A stretch of 64,000 nt of DNA from Eledone cirrhosa. Its lineage: Eukaryota. Below the pieces are notes generated by a model that saw only the letters and a list, made by a program, of their open reading frames with translations, was not told the DNA's origin and ran no database searches. The position numbers and the translations under genes are program-made. Below, piece after piece: positions 1-11,485 of this stretch. The DNA is taken from NCBI GenBank assembly GCA_964016885.1, contig OZ024744.1:54932001-54996000 (forward strand), written 5' to 3'. Positions within the stretch are counted from its first letter, which is position 1; every line of letters starts with the position of its first letter.

Positions 1-364
1 AGTCCGGCCGCATTGACCCGAAAGGGCCGTAGGCGGCTACCAACCTAAACGCTCCGCCTTTACCACTGCCAAGGTCCAGAACCACTAGTCGACCCTCCGG
101 GTCCAAATGTACCATCTGTGTTGCGAGACCCAGATGTTTTTGCAGCAGAACGACAACTCCACCCCCGCCTCCGGGCTGACAGAGAGATGCGTGCATCTCA
201 AAGTCATCAAAGGTGGGGGCCAGCTGTCGCACGTTGCTGATCCGGGCCTCGCAAATAACCATCACATCTATACGTTGTGACCTGAGGTCATTTAGAAGCA
301 TTGCTTGCTTCCAAGTTGAGCCCAGGCCACGCGCATTTAAACAGCCTACTCTTAGCATAGCCAT
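1..364 (-). CDS. Tx1 LINE ORF2 N-terminus, APE endonuclease (partial)
   Basis: ATG at 364 reads MAMLRVGCLNARGLGSTWKQ...DVMVICE...GGGVVVLL...DPEGRLVVLD; homologous to ORF 35627-36256; open to the window edge. Confidence 0.85.
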   Translation of the reverse strand, partial: MAMLRVGCLNARGLGSTWKQAMLLNDLRSQRIDVMVICEARISNVRQLAPTFDDFEMHASLCQPGGGGGVVVLLQKHLGLATQMVHLDPEGRLVVLDLGSGKGGAFRLVAAYGPFGSMRPD

Positions 365-388
365 GTTGGTAGTGAAGAGAAAAGGCAC

Positions 389-2170
389 TTACCTCTCTGC
401 GTCCCGGGTATCGGGCTGCACAATTTCCATTAGGGTGGGGGATGGGTTGTTGGGTGGGGTGGTGGTTTGTGGAAGTGTGGGGGCATCAGTGTGATGTGTG
501 GTTGGGGAGCTTGGAGTTGTGTGGGTGTTTGGGGAGGGGGTGGGATAGTTTTTTAGGAGGACGCGGTTAATGGGCCCGACGCAGGGGGGACCCACGTCCT
601 CTTTAAAATTGTTTTTTAAAGTTTTATAGGTGCCCTGTGCCTTAATCATTTTGAGGTGGGGGAAATCCCCTGCCTGGGTGAAGTTAGGCCCTTGTGTTTT
701 TATTAGATTGTTGTTGTACACAATGTTTAACAGTTTTTTGTTTCTTGTATTTATGTATGTGTATGCATGTTTTTGTTTTTGTGTGGTGTTTTTTGTTTGC
801 TGTTGTTGTGAGCTCTTTTGTGTTGGTGTCAGTGTTATGTTTTGGGGAGGGGTTTTTTTCATTTGTGTGTCTGAGGTGTGTTTTCTTTTTTTTCTTTTGA
901 TTGTGTGGAAGTGCTCCTCCTCGTCTGACGACGAACTAGGGTCATCTTCCGCGTTGGAGGGGAGGGGTATATTTTCGGGTTGTGTTTGCGGTACGGGTGT
1001 TTTGGAAATTGTTTTTGTTTTTTGAGTGGAGGGGATGGGTTGGACATTGTTTTGTTTTGGTTTGAGCTGTGGTGGTTGTTTTTGTAGTGGTAGTTGTGGT
1101 GATTGTGTTGGTTGTGCAGTTGTTGGTGGTGTAGGCAGGATTGGGGTTTTCTTATTAAGTTGGGGACAGACAGCCCTCAGGTGACCTCTGGTTCCGCAGA
1201 GGTAACACGAGGGCCGTCTACCCTCAACGGTAATGTTGATGAAGGTTAGATCATCCAGTATGACGCGTTCAGGGATCTGGGCGATCCTTTCGGGCCTCAT
1301 TTGAACTACAAGTTCGAGGCTCGTTCCACTGAACGCGTCACCCGATGCCTTTCCCATGGACACCAGCATGTCATCCTCCAGGTCCAGAAAACCTGTCAAA
1401 ACCCACCATATGTCCATAATCGGCAGGATGGTGTGGATTTTTATTTTTTGTGTTCTTCTACCCATGTACGTAGGGTAGAAGGTGTATGCGGTGGATGTGA
1501 TTGGTTTGATGGACAGTTTCACTGCTGTGTCCCTGTCCTTCATGAGAATGGATAGACTCCCGTAGAGTCTATCCTTCTGAATGAAGGTGATGTCCTTCAT
1601 GACGTCTTTTAAAACCAGCTCTATCTCGCTCTGTGATGGTTGAGCTGGTTTTTTACTTTTGTTCGAGATTGTCCTAAACATGACCGTGTTTAGGAGTCTC
1701 TGGCTTTTTAGTTCCGGGGGGGAATGGATTGTGAATGAACCATTTTCCCCGTACACTATATATTTTTTCGCATCCGCCAGTAGCTCCTTCGCTTTTGTTA
1801 TATCTACTGGCAGATAGTCGAGGGTTTTCCTTGTCGTCTCGGCGAAGGAGAAATTTTGTTTGTTTGTGTTGTTGTTGTCGTTGGTGGTGTTGTTGTTATC
1901 ATTGTTGTTGTTGTCACCGTTATTGGTCTTGTTGTTGTTATTGTTATTGGTGTTGTTTTCGTCCGTCGCATTGTTGTTGTTGTTGCTGTTGCTGCTGGTT
2001 CTTTGAGTTGTTGCCATGGCAACATCAAGTTGTCGGTTAACAGGTGGAGAGAATTCTTCCTCTGGCTGACCTTTCTTCTTGACCTCTGCTACTGTGACAG
2101 TGGCAGGGGGAAGCTGTAAGTTCATCTTCCCCTTTCCTCCTTCGAATTTTGGTGAAGAAGCTTCGGCCAT
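389..2170 (-). CDS. Tx1 LINE ORF1 (gag-like nucleic-acid binding protein with zinc knuckle)
   Basis: 593-aa ORF with VEGRRPSCYLCGTRGHLRAVC (CX2CX4HX4C) and N-rich and P/T/Q-rich low-complexity flanks. Confidence 0.85.
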   Translation of the reverse strand: MAEASSPKFEGGKGKMNLQLPPATVTVAEVKKKGQPEEEFSPPVNRQLDVAMATTQRTSSNSNNNNNATDENNTNNNNNNKTNNGDNNNNDNNNTTNDNNNTNKQNFSFAETTRKTLDYLPVDITKAKELLADAKKYIVYGENGSFTIHSPPELKSQRLLNTVMFRTISNKSKKPAQPSQSEIELVLKDVMKDITFIQKDRLYGSLSILMKDRDTAVKLSIKPITSTAYTFYPTYMGRRTQKIKIHTILPIMDIWWVLTGFLDLEDDMLVSMGKASGDAFSGTSLELVVQMRPERIAQIPERVILDDLTFINITVEGRRPSCYLCGTRGHLRAVCPQLNKKTPILPTPPTTAQPTQSPQLPLQKQPPQLKPKQNNVQPIPSTQKTKTISKTPVPQTQPENIPLPSNAEDDPSSSSDEEEHFHTIKRKKRKHTSDTQMKKTPPQNITLTPTQKSSQQQQTKNTTQKQKHAYTYINTRNKKLLNIVYNNNLIKTQGPNFTQAGDFPHLKMIKAQGTYKTLKNNFKEDVGPPCVGPINRVLLKNYPTPSPNTHTTPSSPTTHHTDAPTLPQTTTPPNNPSPTLMEIVQPDTRDAER

Positions 2171-2384
2171 TTAAAAAAATATTGACTTTTCAACAAGAAA
2201 AAACTTTTTTTTTGTTTAACTATTTCGCCTAAAGGCGTAGAATATTTTGAGAGACTGACCAGATCAAAGTTTGACCTGGCAGTCCCTCTACAAAATGGTA
2301 CAAAAATTAAAGTTATCAGACAAGAATTTCTATAGAAATTTAAACAGAACTTACTCAGCAAGTTATACGCGTGTGTCCATCCCA

Positions 2385-2385
2385 G

Positions 2386-2450
<65 letters not shown>
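2385..2450. repeat. (GATA)n microsatellite
   Basis: Direct reading. Confidence 0.95.
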
Positions 2451-2451
<1 letters not shown>

Positions 2452-2459
2452 CATTTAAA

Positions 2460-3050
2460 GTTAATGGGGTTAACAAATGGTGGTTCGCCATGAAAATGAT
2501 TGTTAGAGTATAATCGATTATATTTAGTAAGGGGGTGGCGATAGTGGAAGAACTAGTTTCGAGGGAGAACTAGTTAGAAAATAGGAAAGGCAAAGCGACC
2601 GATATGCCTGAAGCGAGATTAACCTTTGACCTCTTCAACGCCCAGCACGAAGGCAGCGTTGTCAGAGCTAAGGCGCGTGCTTTAATACTCAAAGGCATAA
2701 AAGTGGTTTGATAATACTCGAGTGACAGAAGCGCAGTGTCGTGACAAAACCACAATTCGGTCCTTGACGGTCGTAATGAGTGCGTGCTATTTGATTCCAA
2801 ACAGATGTGTGCAGCTTTTCATCAGCACTTTGCTCAATTGTCTGGGATGAGTGTAGGGTTGGATTGCCGGATGTACTTCAATGCCTATCTCGACACCATT
2901 CCACGAATGTTGGGGGAAAAACCGATAACAGCCACTAAAATACGGAAGGCGATGACTAGTTGCACGCCAAACTTACATGCCAGACTTATTCGGTGACTTC
3001 TTGTCAGATGGATTGTAAATGGTAAAATCCGTTCGATTGCCCCTGGGAGT
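2460..3050 (+). pseudogene. Decayed Tx1 ORF2 fragment
   Basis: QMCAAFHQHFAQL...EKPITATKIRKAMT matches ORF 34486-35742 (QMCEAFQRHFAQL...EKPITAAEVREAMT). Confidence 0.75.
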
Positions 3051-3149
3051 TAAGTAATCCAATGGAATGGTAAAATCAACTGTTCTTTGAAGAATACTTT
3101 CAAGTTGCGTGGCTAATAAAGAAAGTATTATCATTATTATTATTATTAT

Positions 3150-5590
3150 ACAGCACAACACCTCAAAAACTCACACCATCCACACATATAAAAATCACAC
3201 AAATAAATTTTAAAAAATCATACACTCTTCTCAAGAAAATTTCCCCTGATTCAATTGGAGACTTCCGAGAAACCCTCTCCAGAAAAATATACAGAGACAT
3301 CCTTGTGGAGAAGGCCACAACTAGCTAGACGGACGAAGCAACTGTACCTCTACCAGAAAGTCAGGCGTAAGTTCTCAATTGTTTCCTGCTTCTTTTAAAC
3401 ATAGCCTCTCTCAGAATAGGCAGTATAAATACATGTGGCCTGGGGTTGTGTTGGAAGCAGGGTCACCTACTTAACAACCTCAGAACATAGATGTGGAGGC
3501 CATCAACGAGACCAAAATCTCTGAGGCACGATCCTTCATATTCATTTCAGCGGCTACGATGTGTGCACATCTCCAAGACGTCCGAGATCTGGAGGCGGAG
3601 TAACTGTATTGTTTCGAGAGGTCTGGATCACGTGACAAGAGCCATTTTCCTCGACCCAGAAGCTAAGTTGGTTGTGCTGGACGTGACCAGCAGCGAAGGG
3701 CACACTTTCAGGTTAGTGGCCGTCTATGCCCCTACAGGGGCAGGGTGGCCTGATTTTTTCCGGCTCCTGAAAATTTTCCAAGGAACATCTTTCTCTGTAG
3801 TATTAGTGGGTGATTGGAACGGGATCTTGGATGCACGCTGGGACTGTATGGTAGGGGAGGAGGGTGTAAATGCCTCGTTTTCAACAGTCTGACAGGTACC
3901 GCCTGGATTTCCCGAATGTGCCAATGTGGATAAAGACAAACCGCAAACCACATCGGGTCATCCAGATTGAATCTAGATAGTATATTTTGTAGGAAAATAG
4001 ATAAGTCTAGCATAGGCTATCCCCAATTCAAGCTAATAGACTACATAAACCACAAATTTTGATTTATGTGATTGATCTAGATAGGTTCCATAAACAGTGA
4101 CCCAGCTACTGGAAAGTGAACGCGTCGCTCCCCGCGCGCAAAGCCTACAGAGACCGATTAGTGAATTGTTAAGTGGGTGTTGACGGGGGTAGTCGTCAAC
4201 AATAAATGGTTGTTCGCCTTGAAAAAGGCGATTACAATAGAGTCCATTAGGTTTAGTAAGGCAATAGAGAAAAACAGAGTGGAGGGAAAACTAGTTACAA
4301 AGTTAAACAAGACGCTTAGTAAAGGCATCGCTACCGATGTTCTTGCAGTGAGATTGACCCTCGAACAATTCTTCAATGCTAAGCATGAAGGTTGCGTTGT
4401 CAGAGCTATGGTGCGTGCTCTTAGACACAAAGGGCTGAAAACCGTTCATTGGGCCCGAATGGCGGAGGCACAGCGTGGCAACAAAACCACAATCCGGTCT
4501 CTGAAATATGGGATGCAATGACTAACTGCACAAGGGGTAAATTCCCTGGTTTAGATGGTCTGACCTACGAGCTTTATGTAGACATGCCTGACTTGTTCGG
4601 TGACCTTTTGGCAAACATCTACTGCAACTGGTAATTGAACGGGAGGATTCCCAGATCTCTGAGCCGAGGAACGGTAGCGCTGCTGAGAAAGGACCTGAAC
4701 AAGGGAAACTACATAGATAAGTTCAGGTCCATAACTCTGCTGAATGCAGAGTTCAAAGTTTTGGCCAAGGTATTAGCAATGAGGTTGGCGCTTGTCGTCG
4801 GGAGTCTAGTGGGAGAGGTGCAGACATCCGTCATTCCAGACAGATCCATCCACAAGAACCTCCATCTCATGCGATACATGGTGGACAGGAAAGCTAGGGA
4901 ACCTGGCATGAGTGGAGCCCTGATCAATTTAGGTCAATCGAAAGCATACAATAGAGTTGGCCATCAAACCTGGCGGCCAGCTTTGGGCTCGTTTTCAGAG
5001 GGTGGGTCGCTGCTATATACAGCGATATCTTCTCTGTGGTGAGAGCGACCGGCCATCTTTTGGAACCGTTCAACACCATGCACTCGGTCCGCTAAGGTTG
5101 TCCTCTCTCGTCCCTGTTGTTAGTATTGACTCTAGAGCCATTGCTACATAAATTGGTGACGTTGAGGGGTCAACCCGCGCGAACTGGGATGTGGGAGAAC
5201 CGTGTCAGCTTATGCCGACGACGTCACCGTAGTGGTGTCAAGCGCCAAACACATCGGCATTGCATTGAGAGAATACGAGACGGTGACAAGGGCAATGATT
5301 AACCAGGAAAAGTCGGTGGGCCTGCGGCTCGCCATCTGGAGAGGCAGGTTCATGCCGTCCAACAGCGTCGTCACGCATTGGACGGACCAGTTAAATTGCT
5401 AGGGGGTCTAGTTTGGTCGGGACGTCCAGACGGACAAAACTGGGACGAGATGACGAACAGGGTGGCCTCTCTCACCCAGAAATGGGCCGAGAGAAATCTA
5501 TCCCTGAAAGATCAGGTGGAGGGGGCGAACGCGTACATCGTGTCGGTCATCTACTACCAATAGGTCGTCATGCCTTGTCCAAAGCTTCAT
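3150..5590 (+). mobile_element. Decayed Tx1 LINE copy (end of ORF1, APE, RT), many frameshifts
   Basis: FLDPEAKLVVLDV...VYAPTG...LVGDWNG, PGLDGL, RSITLLN, SAYADDVT motifs; colinear with 33800-36450 (reverse). Confidence 0.85.
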
Positions 5591-5719
5591 CTCCTTTCCC
5601 ACCATACCATAAATGGATTGGCACATTACCAGCTATGCTGACTCCAATGGCTGCTCCCTCACTCTGTGTAGATCTTTTCATTGAATTTAAATATATGGCC
5701 CTTTAGGGTAGTTTTAATA

Positions 5720-6156
5720 CTAGCCCCTATTGCATGCGTGACCATTTTTCTCACCTGACCATTGTTTTGGGGTGTCTGTATGGCTTTGGTCCATCCATTC
5801 TATCTTCCTAGAAATGTAGTCTATAGCATAAGATGTACAGAGGGTTCTTGCAGAAACATGACAACGACATACATAGGTGAGACAGCTCGAAGCATAGGAG
5901 AAAGAATAGACCAACACTGGGGGGAATTAAAAGGACCAAAAAACGGTTCAGTACTATACGAACACGCCAGACAACATGACGGTAATATATACAACATAGA
6001 AATTAAAATAATATCTAAACATAGAAATGACCCAACAGGTAGGCAAATCAGAGAAGTGAGTGAAATAGAGCTTAGAAAACTAAAGTTAAACAGGAAAACG
6101 AATGGAACAACAACAACAACCATACCCAAACAAACAAAACTGACTTAAGGGAAATA

Positions 6157-6187
<31 letters not shown>

Positions 6188-6460
6188 ATATATACACAAG
6201 CACAGTAACAAGAAACGCATATAAACACACACTAGTAAACAAAGATAGAATACAAAAACCAAACCACATACACTCAAACGCGAACACACACACCAAACAT
6301 TATACACACACGCAAACGCATGCGCAGAGACGGAGACAAAAATAAATAAATAAATAAATAAAATAAAAATGGCGTAAACATTACAATACAATACAATAGG
6401 AGGGAACATGATAATAGTCCCACTGATGATGTTGTAGATGTGCTACGAAAGAACTTTGTT

Positions 6461-6521
<61 letters not shown>

Positions 6522-6680
6522 TTTTAACCGTTGGTCAATCAATGATAAACATTGATTGCCAAATAAATTAACTATGGAGATATAAAAGATACAGAAGTGA
6601 AAACCAACCAAACAGTGAGTGTGTTCTGTTATTATTTCTGGCACTATTATTACAACAATATGACCCTCCCCAAGTATGAC
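5720..6680 (+). mobile_element. Penelope-like element 3' part: GIY-YIG endonuclease plus pseudo-LTR
   Basis: ORF 5762-6148 VVYSIRC...TYIGETARSIGERIDQH...LYEH...RQIRE; downstream hammerhead core. Confidence 0.8.
6415..6466 (+). ncRNA. Hammerhead ribozyme motif (type I, degenerate)
   Basis: CTGATGA...GTAG-atgtg-CTAC-GAAA, with flanking tagtc/gacta pairing. Confidence 0.5.
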
Positions 6681-6952
6681 ATCTGGAACGTGATTGGTCT
6701 ATTTAAATTAGATGAACAAAAATTGGCCGGGCAGGCTCGGGTAATAAGAACTAATGGGTGGATAAGCGAGCTGGAACTGGAAGAACTGAGCAGAGAGATT
6801 AGCTTGGAAATGGAGAGTGGAGTATGCCAGGCAAACGAGCCAGTGGGAAATGAGGTGAAGATGTTGAGAGAACGGAGGAAACATCCAAAGCAGACAATGA
6901 TCTGAATGCTGAAATAAATAATACCTGGAACAGAGATACGGCAATTGAGGAG

Positions 6953-8683
6953 ATGAATGCTGACGGGCTAGGACAAGATTTGGTTGATATCCTAAACTTA
7001 GTGGTAGATGAAATGAACAATGATAGTGGGAAACCTATGAACCTAAGATTTGTAGACAGGAAAAAGTTAAAAGAAACAACAGCTAAGGTAAACAAAGTCA
7101 TCCCATACCTTGAGGCGAGGAGCCTTCACCAGTGCAACAATATCCTCAAAGCAACAGCAAATGCGGTGAGGAAATTACTTGGCATAAAAGAGAGAGGAAA
7201 CAACAAACAAGAAAGATCAGAACCATGGTGGAAGAAACGACTGAATGGTCAAATCAGGGAAATGAGAAATGACATTGGAAAGCTTGAGTCCCTACTGAAT
7301 GGGACACTAAAAAACATAGACACTAAAAATAGACTGGAAATAAAATACAAAACTAGGAGGAAAAGGCTAAATATTATCATAGAGGAACTGAAGCAACGCA
7401 TTGTAGCAAAGAGTGCAAAAATTAGCCGATACGAGAGCAGAGTAAGTCAGTATAGACAGAACCGCATGTTTGACAACAACCAGATATTGTTTGGACAGCT
7501 TGAAGGGAAAGAAAGAGGCAACGACTTGATCCCTGAGGCGGAACAAACTAAGACATTCTGGAGAGGAATATGGGAGCAGGATGTTAAACATAATGACCAG
7601 TCAGTGTGGATTGAGACAGTACAAAAGGAGATTAGTGAACAGGCACACCAACAAACTGATTTGAGTATCACAGTTGAAACTCTCAAGGGGCAGGCCAAAA
7701 AACTAACCAACTGGAAATCACCAGGCCCAGATGGTGTGCAGGGGTATTGGATTAAACATGTAACATCCCTCCACCCGAAACTGACAACCATGTTCAATGG
7801 CTGCTTGATGTCAGGTGAGGTACCAGAGTGGTTGACAAAAGGTACCACAGTTCTGGTAATGAAAGACCGAATCAAGGGTAATAATGTTACCATCTATAGA
7901 CCTATCACATGTCTGTCCGTAATGTGGAAACTGTTGACAAGCATTGTGTCTGAGGAAATCTACCACACAAACAACTTGTTACCGGACGAACAGAAAGGAT
8001 GCCGAAAGAAGTCCCGCGGTACAAAGGACCAGTTACTTATTGATAAGATGGTAATGAGGAATTGCAAGAGGAGACACACTGGTCTTGCCATGGGATGGAT
8101 AGACTACAAAAAGGTATTTGACATGGTGCCTCATTCTTGGATCACCAAAAGCCTAGAGATCTTCAAGGTGGCAGATAACATCAGACAGTTGTTGAGCAAA
8201 AGTATGAAGTCCTGGAAAACAGAGTTAACATCAGCTGGAGAATCCTTGGGAGGCGTGAAGATCAAGAGAGGTATCTTCCAGGGAGATAGTCTGTCCCCTC
8301 AGTTGTTTGTCCTTGCCCTGATGCCCCTGACCATTATACTGCGAAAAGTGAGAGCAGGATACAAGTTGGGAAAGGGAGAGCTTACCATCAATCACCTCCT
8401 CTTCATGGACGATCTTAAGCTCTTCGGGAAGAGTGAGAAGGAGTTGGATGTGCTTGTTGACACTGTCCGTATTTTCAACAATGATATATGTATGCAATTT
8501 GGTATTAGTAAGTGTGGAGTCCTTGTGATGAAGAGGGGTAAATTGAGCAGAAGCAATGAAATCCAGGTACCAACAGGTGAGATGATAAAGGAAATTTACA
8601 CTGAAGAAGAATACAAGTATTTGGGTATTCTGGAAGCTGATGACATCAAGAACAAAAAAAATGAAGGAATTGATAAGATCTGA
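6953..8683 (+). CDS. R4-type reverse transcriptase (frameshifted at A-run near 8655 into next ORF)
   Basis: KSPGPDG, YRPITCL, EQKGC, WIDYKKVFD, GIFQGDSLSP, LFMDDLKL. Confidence 0.9.
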   Translation: MNADGLGQDLVDILNLVVDEMNNDSGKPMNLRFVDRKKLKETTAKVNKVIPYLEARSLHQCNNILKATANAVRKLLGIKERGNNKQERSEPWWKKRLNGQIREMRNDIGKLESLLNGTLKNIDTKNRLEIKYKTRRKRLNIIIEELKQRIVAKSAKISRYESRVSQYRQNRMFDNNQILFGQLEGKERGNDLIPEAEQTKTFWRGIWEQDVKHNDQSVWIETVQKEISEQAHQQTDLSITVETLKGQAKKLTNWKSPGPDGVQGYWIKHVTSLHPKLTTMFNGCLMSGEVPEWLTKGTTVLVMKDRIKGNNVTIYRPITCLSVMWKLLTSIVSEEIYHTNNLLPDEQKGCRKKSRGTKDQLLIDKMVMRNCKRRHTGLAMGWIDYKKVFDMVPHSWITKSLEIFKVADNIRQLLSKSMKSWKTELTSAGESLGGVKIKRGIFQGDSLSPQLFVLALMPLTIILRKVRAGYKLGKGELTINHLLFMDDLKLFGKSEKELDVLVDTVRIFNNDICMQFGISKCGVLVMKRGKLSRSNEIQVPTGEMIKEIYTEEEYKYLGILEADDIKNKKNEGIDKI

Positions 8684-9842
8684 ATACATTCGGAGAGTAA
8701 GGAGCGTATTAAAGTCACATCTGAACAGTAGGAATGCCATAAGTGCAGTAAATTCCCGAGCTGTGTCTATTATTAGGTTCAGTGGGGGAATTCTGAGATG
8801 GAATGTTGCTGAACAAAAAGAAATGGATAGGAAGACTAGGAAGCTATTGACTATCTACAACATGTTCCACAAGAGGAGTGATGTCGATAGACTCTACTTA
8901 AGGAGATCTGAAGGTGGAAGAGGTCTTATCAGCATAGAGGACTGTGTTCAGATGGAGAAAAACAACCTACACAAATACGTGACCAATAGTAAGGAGCCAA
9001 TGCTCAGAATTGTACTGAAGGAGAGGACAATAGACCAGGGGATGTCCAAGGAGGAAATAACAACGAGGAGAAAGAGCAACCTTCATGAAAAATCCCTTCA
9101 TAGTACCTTCTTTGAGAAAACGGAATTCAGAGATCCACAGACATGGAACTGGTTGAAAAGAGGAGACCTTAAAAAGGCTACAGAAGGAATGCTAATGGCT
9201 GCGCATGAGCAGGCCCTCAAAGCGAAGTGGCTGAAACACCATATTTACAAGGAGGAGGCTAGCCCACTGTGCAGGATCTGTGGAGAGAGAGAGGAGACTG
9301 TGGCTCACATTGTATCCGAGTGTAAACACCTAGCCCAGACTCACTATAAGGGCTGGAGACATGATGTGATGGGCAGGGTGATCCACTGGCACCTATGCAA
9401 AGTAAACAATTTACCACATTCTGAGAAGTGGTATGAGCATAAGCCAGAGTCAGTGATAGAAAACGATCAGGTGAAGGTGCTATGGGATTTTAGGATACAG
9501 ACGGACAAGAAACTGGAACACAATAGACCTGACCTGGTGGTTTTGGACAAGGAAAAAAGATCGTGCCTGATTGTGCATGTGGCCTGCCCATTCGACACGA
9601 GAGTGCACGAGAAGGAGAGGGAGAAAATTAACCGATACCAGGACTTAAAGTGGGAGGTAAAAAGGATTTGGAACTGCCATGAAGTCAAAGTGGTCCCGAT
9701 TGTCATAGGCGCACTAGGTACTATCTCAAAAAGTTTCCAGGGATGGTTAAAGAAAATTGGCCCCGCCCCGCCTTTTGGAACACTTCAAAAGGCATGCTTG
9801 CTGGGAACAGCAAGAACTCTCCGATACGTCCTGAATATCTGA
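8640..9842 (+). CDS. R4-type thumb, zinc finger and RLE endonuclease
   Basis: GGRGL, CRICGEREETVAHIVSEC, RHD, HNRPDLV, EKINRYQDL, PIVIGALG. Confidence 0.9.
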   Translation: MTSRTKKMKELIRSEYIRRVRSVLKSHLNSRNAISAVNSRAVSIIRFSGGILRWNVAEQKEMDRKTRKLLTIYNMFHKRSDVDRLYLRRSEGGRGLISIEDCVQMEKNNLHKYVTNSKEPMLRIVLKERTIDQGMSKEEITTRRKSNLHEKSLHSTFFEKTEFRDPQTWNWLKRGDLKKATEGMLMAAHEQALKAKWLKHHIYKEEASPLCRICGEREETVAHIVSECKHLAQTHYKGWRHDVMGRVIHWHLCKVNNLPHSEKWYEHKPESVIENDQVKVLWDFRIQTDKKLEHNRPDLVVLDKEKRSCLIVHVACPFDTRVHEKEREKINRYQDLKWEVKRIWNCHEVKVVPIVIGALGTISKSFQGWLKKIGPAPPFGTLQKACLLGTARTLRYVLNI

Positions 9843-10351
9843 GGCTGCAGGCAGTGGCTTGATATTCATTTCAACAAACTTTCCAGATAACTAACATCAA
9901 TGACTGAGACTCAAAGAATAATAATAATAATAATAATATATTGTATATTAACACAAAATTTAACTAATTGGAGTTGTAAACAACTATACATTTTTCTCTT
10001 ATATACAAATTAATCGCCAATTACCTCCCCTTTCAGATTAGCTCTCCTTAATATAGATCTCTAATCACTTCCTGAAATTAAACCGTTAGACAGATCACTC
10101 CAGAACAACTAGAACCCATGATAAGATTGTAATAGGACCAATATACAATCCATAGTTGTAGCTACTAATAAACATTTACTAAAATATAACCAATGCAATG
10201 GAAAGGAAAACCTTAATATTAATACTCACAACACATGCACATTTGAACATTACCGGAACAGTTATCACACTACATTCACCATAAACTTCATAGAAACTGC
10301 TTTTCATACCCACGCATCTCTGTCTGCTTAATATGCTTTTATACCTGTATT

Positions 10352-10465
10352 AATTCCACCGAGGTTAACTTTGCCTTTCATCCTTCCGGGGTCGATAAAA
10401 TAAAGTACCAGTAATGCACTGGGTAATTGCTGGCCTTGTTCCAAAAGTAGAAACAATTATATTAT
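10352..10465 (+). mobile_element. SINE family A, 5'-truncated
   Basis: gaggttaactttgcctttcatcc..gggtcgataaaataaagtaccag body shared with copies at 12.7-14.1 kb. Confidence 0.8.
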
Positions 10466-10790
10466 GTGATACCTTTGCCATACTGTGATATATATATGCT
10501 TAGTACCATTAATTGTTTATTACCTGGTTATTCTATGCATGCCTAATACTTCTGCACTCTTTCTATACGTTTGCATATGTACCGCTAATGTCCTCGTTTT
10601 GCGAGTAACTTTATTCTTTAATTCCTCTATAATTGTTGTATTATTCTTTTATAATCTTTGTCGCATCCACTGATACTGACCACATCATCTTCACTCTTTA
10701 AATGTGACACTGTTAATGACAACACTAACATCTACGTATCTTTACGATTGTTCTGTGTGAATAGGGGGTTAATTATATGTCTAAACTTTT

Positions 10791-10992
10791 CTAGTGCTCC
10801 AATGATTCCAAACAAAAGTTTGGAAGAAACGATTGTCAGCAATAAAATGTTTTGAACATAGTTTTGATTATTCTGTAATTTATAATATATATATAAATTA
10901 TAAATTACAGAATAATAAAAACTATGTTCAAAACATTTTATTGCTGACAATCGTTTCTTCCAAACTTTCATTTGGTATCATCGGAGCACTAG
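10791..10992. repeat. ~200-bp palindrome of two inverted Penelope-type termini, each with a hammerhead motif
   Basis: Arms ctagtgctcc...ttataat / ...ggagcactag around a TA centre; tgct-CCGATGA-stem II-GAAA-cgattgtc-agca. Confidence 0.8.
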
Positions 10993-11026
10993 CAAAATGT
11001 TTGGCATGTTGGTGGAGTATTGATGA

Positions 11027-11485
<459 letters not shown>

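Larger units (their letters stand above)
1..2385 (-). mobile_element. Tx1/L1-clade LINE copy 1 (5' UTR, ORF1, start of ORF2; continues beyond window start)
   Basis: ORF1 with CCHC knuckle followed by APE-endonuclease ORF2 start; same layout as the element at 32503-38440; 5' end abuts (GATA)n. Confidence 0.9.
6680..9938 (+). mobile_element. R4/Dong-like non-LTR retrotransposon (RT plus restriction-like endonuclease) with (TAA)n tail
   Basis: N-terminal EQKLAGQARVIRTNGW motif, RT, CCHC finger, PD..D nuclease, short 3' UTR ending in aataataataat. Confidence 0.9.

Noticed and set aside
630-2119. Plus-strand Val/Cys-rich ORFs
   Set aside because: Antisense shadows of Tx1 ORF1 low-complexity regions
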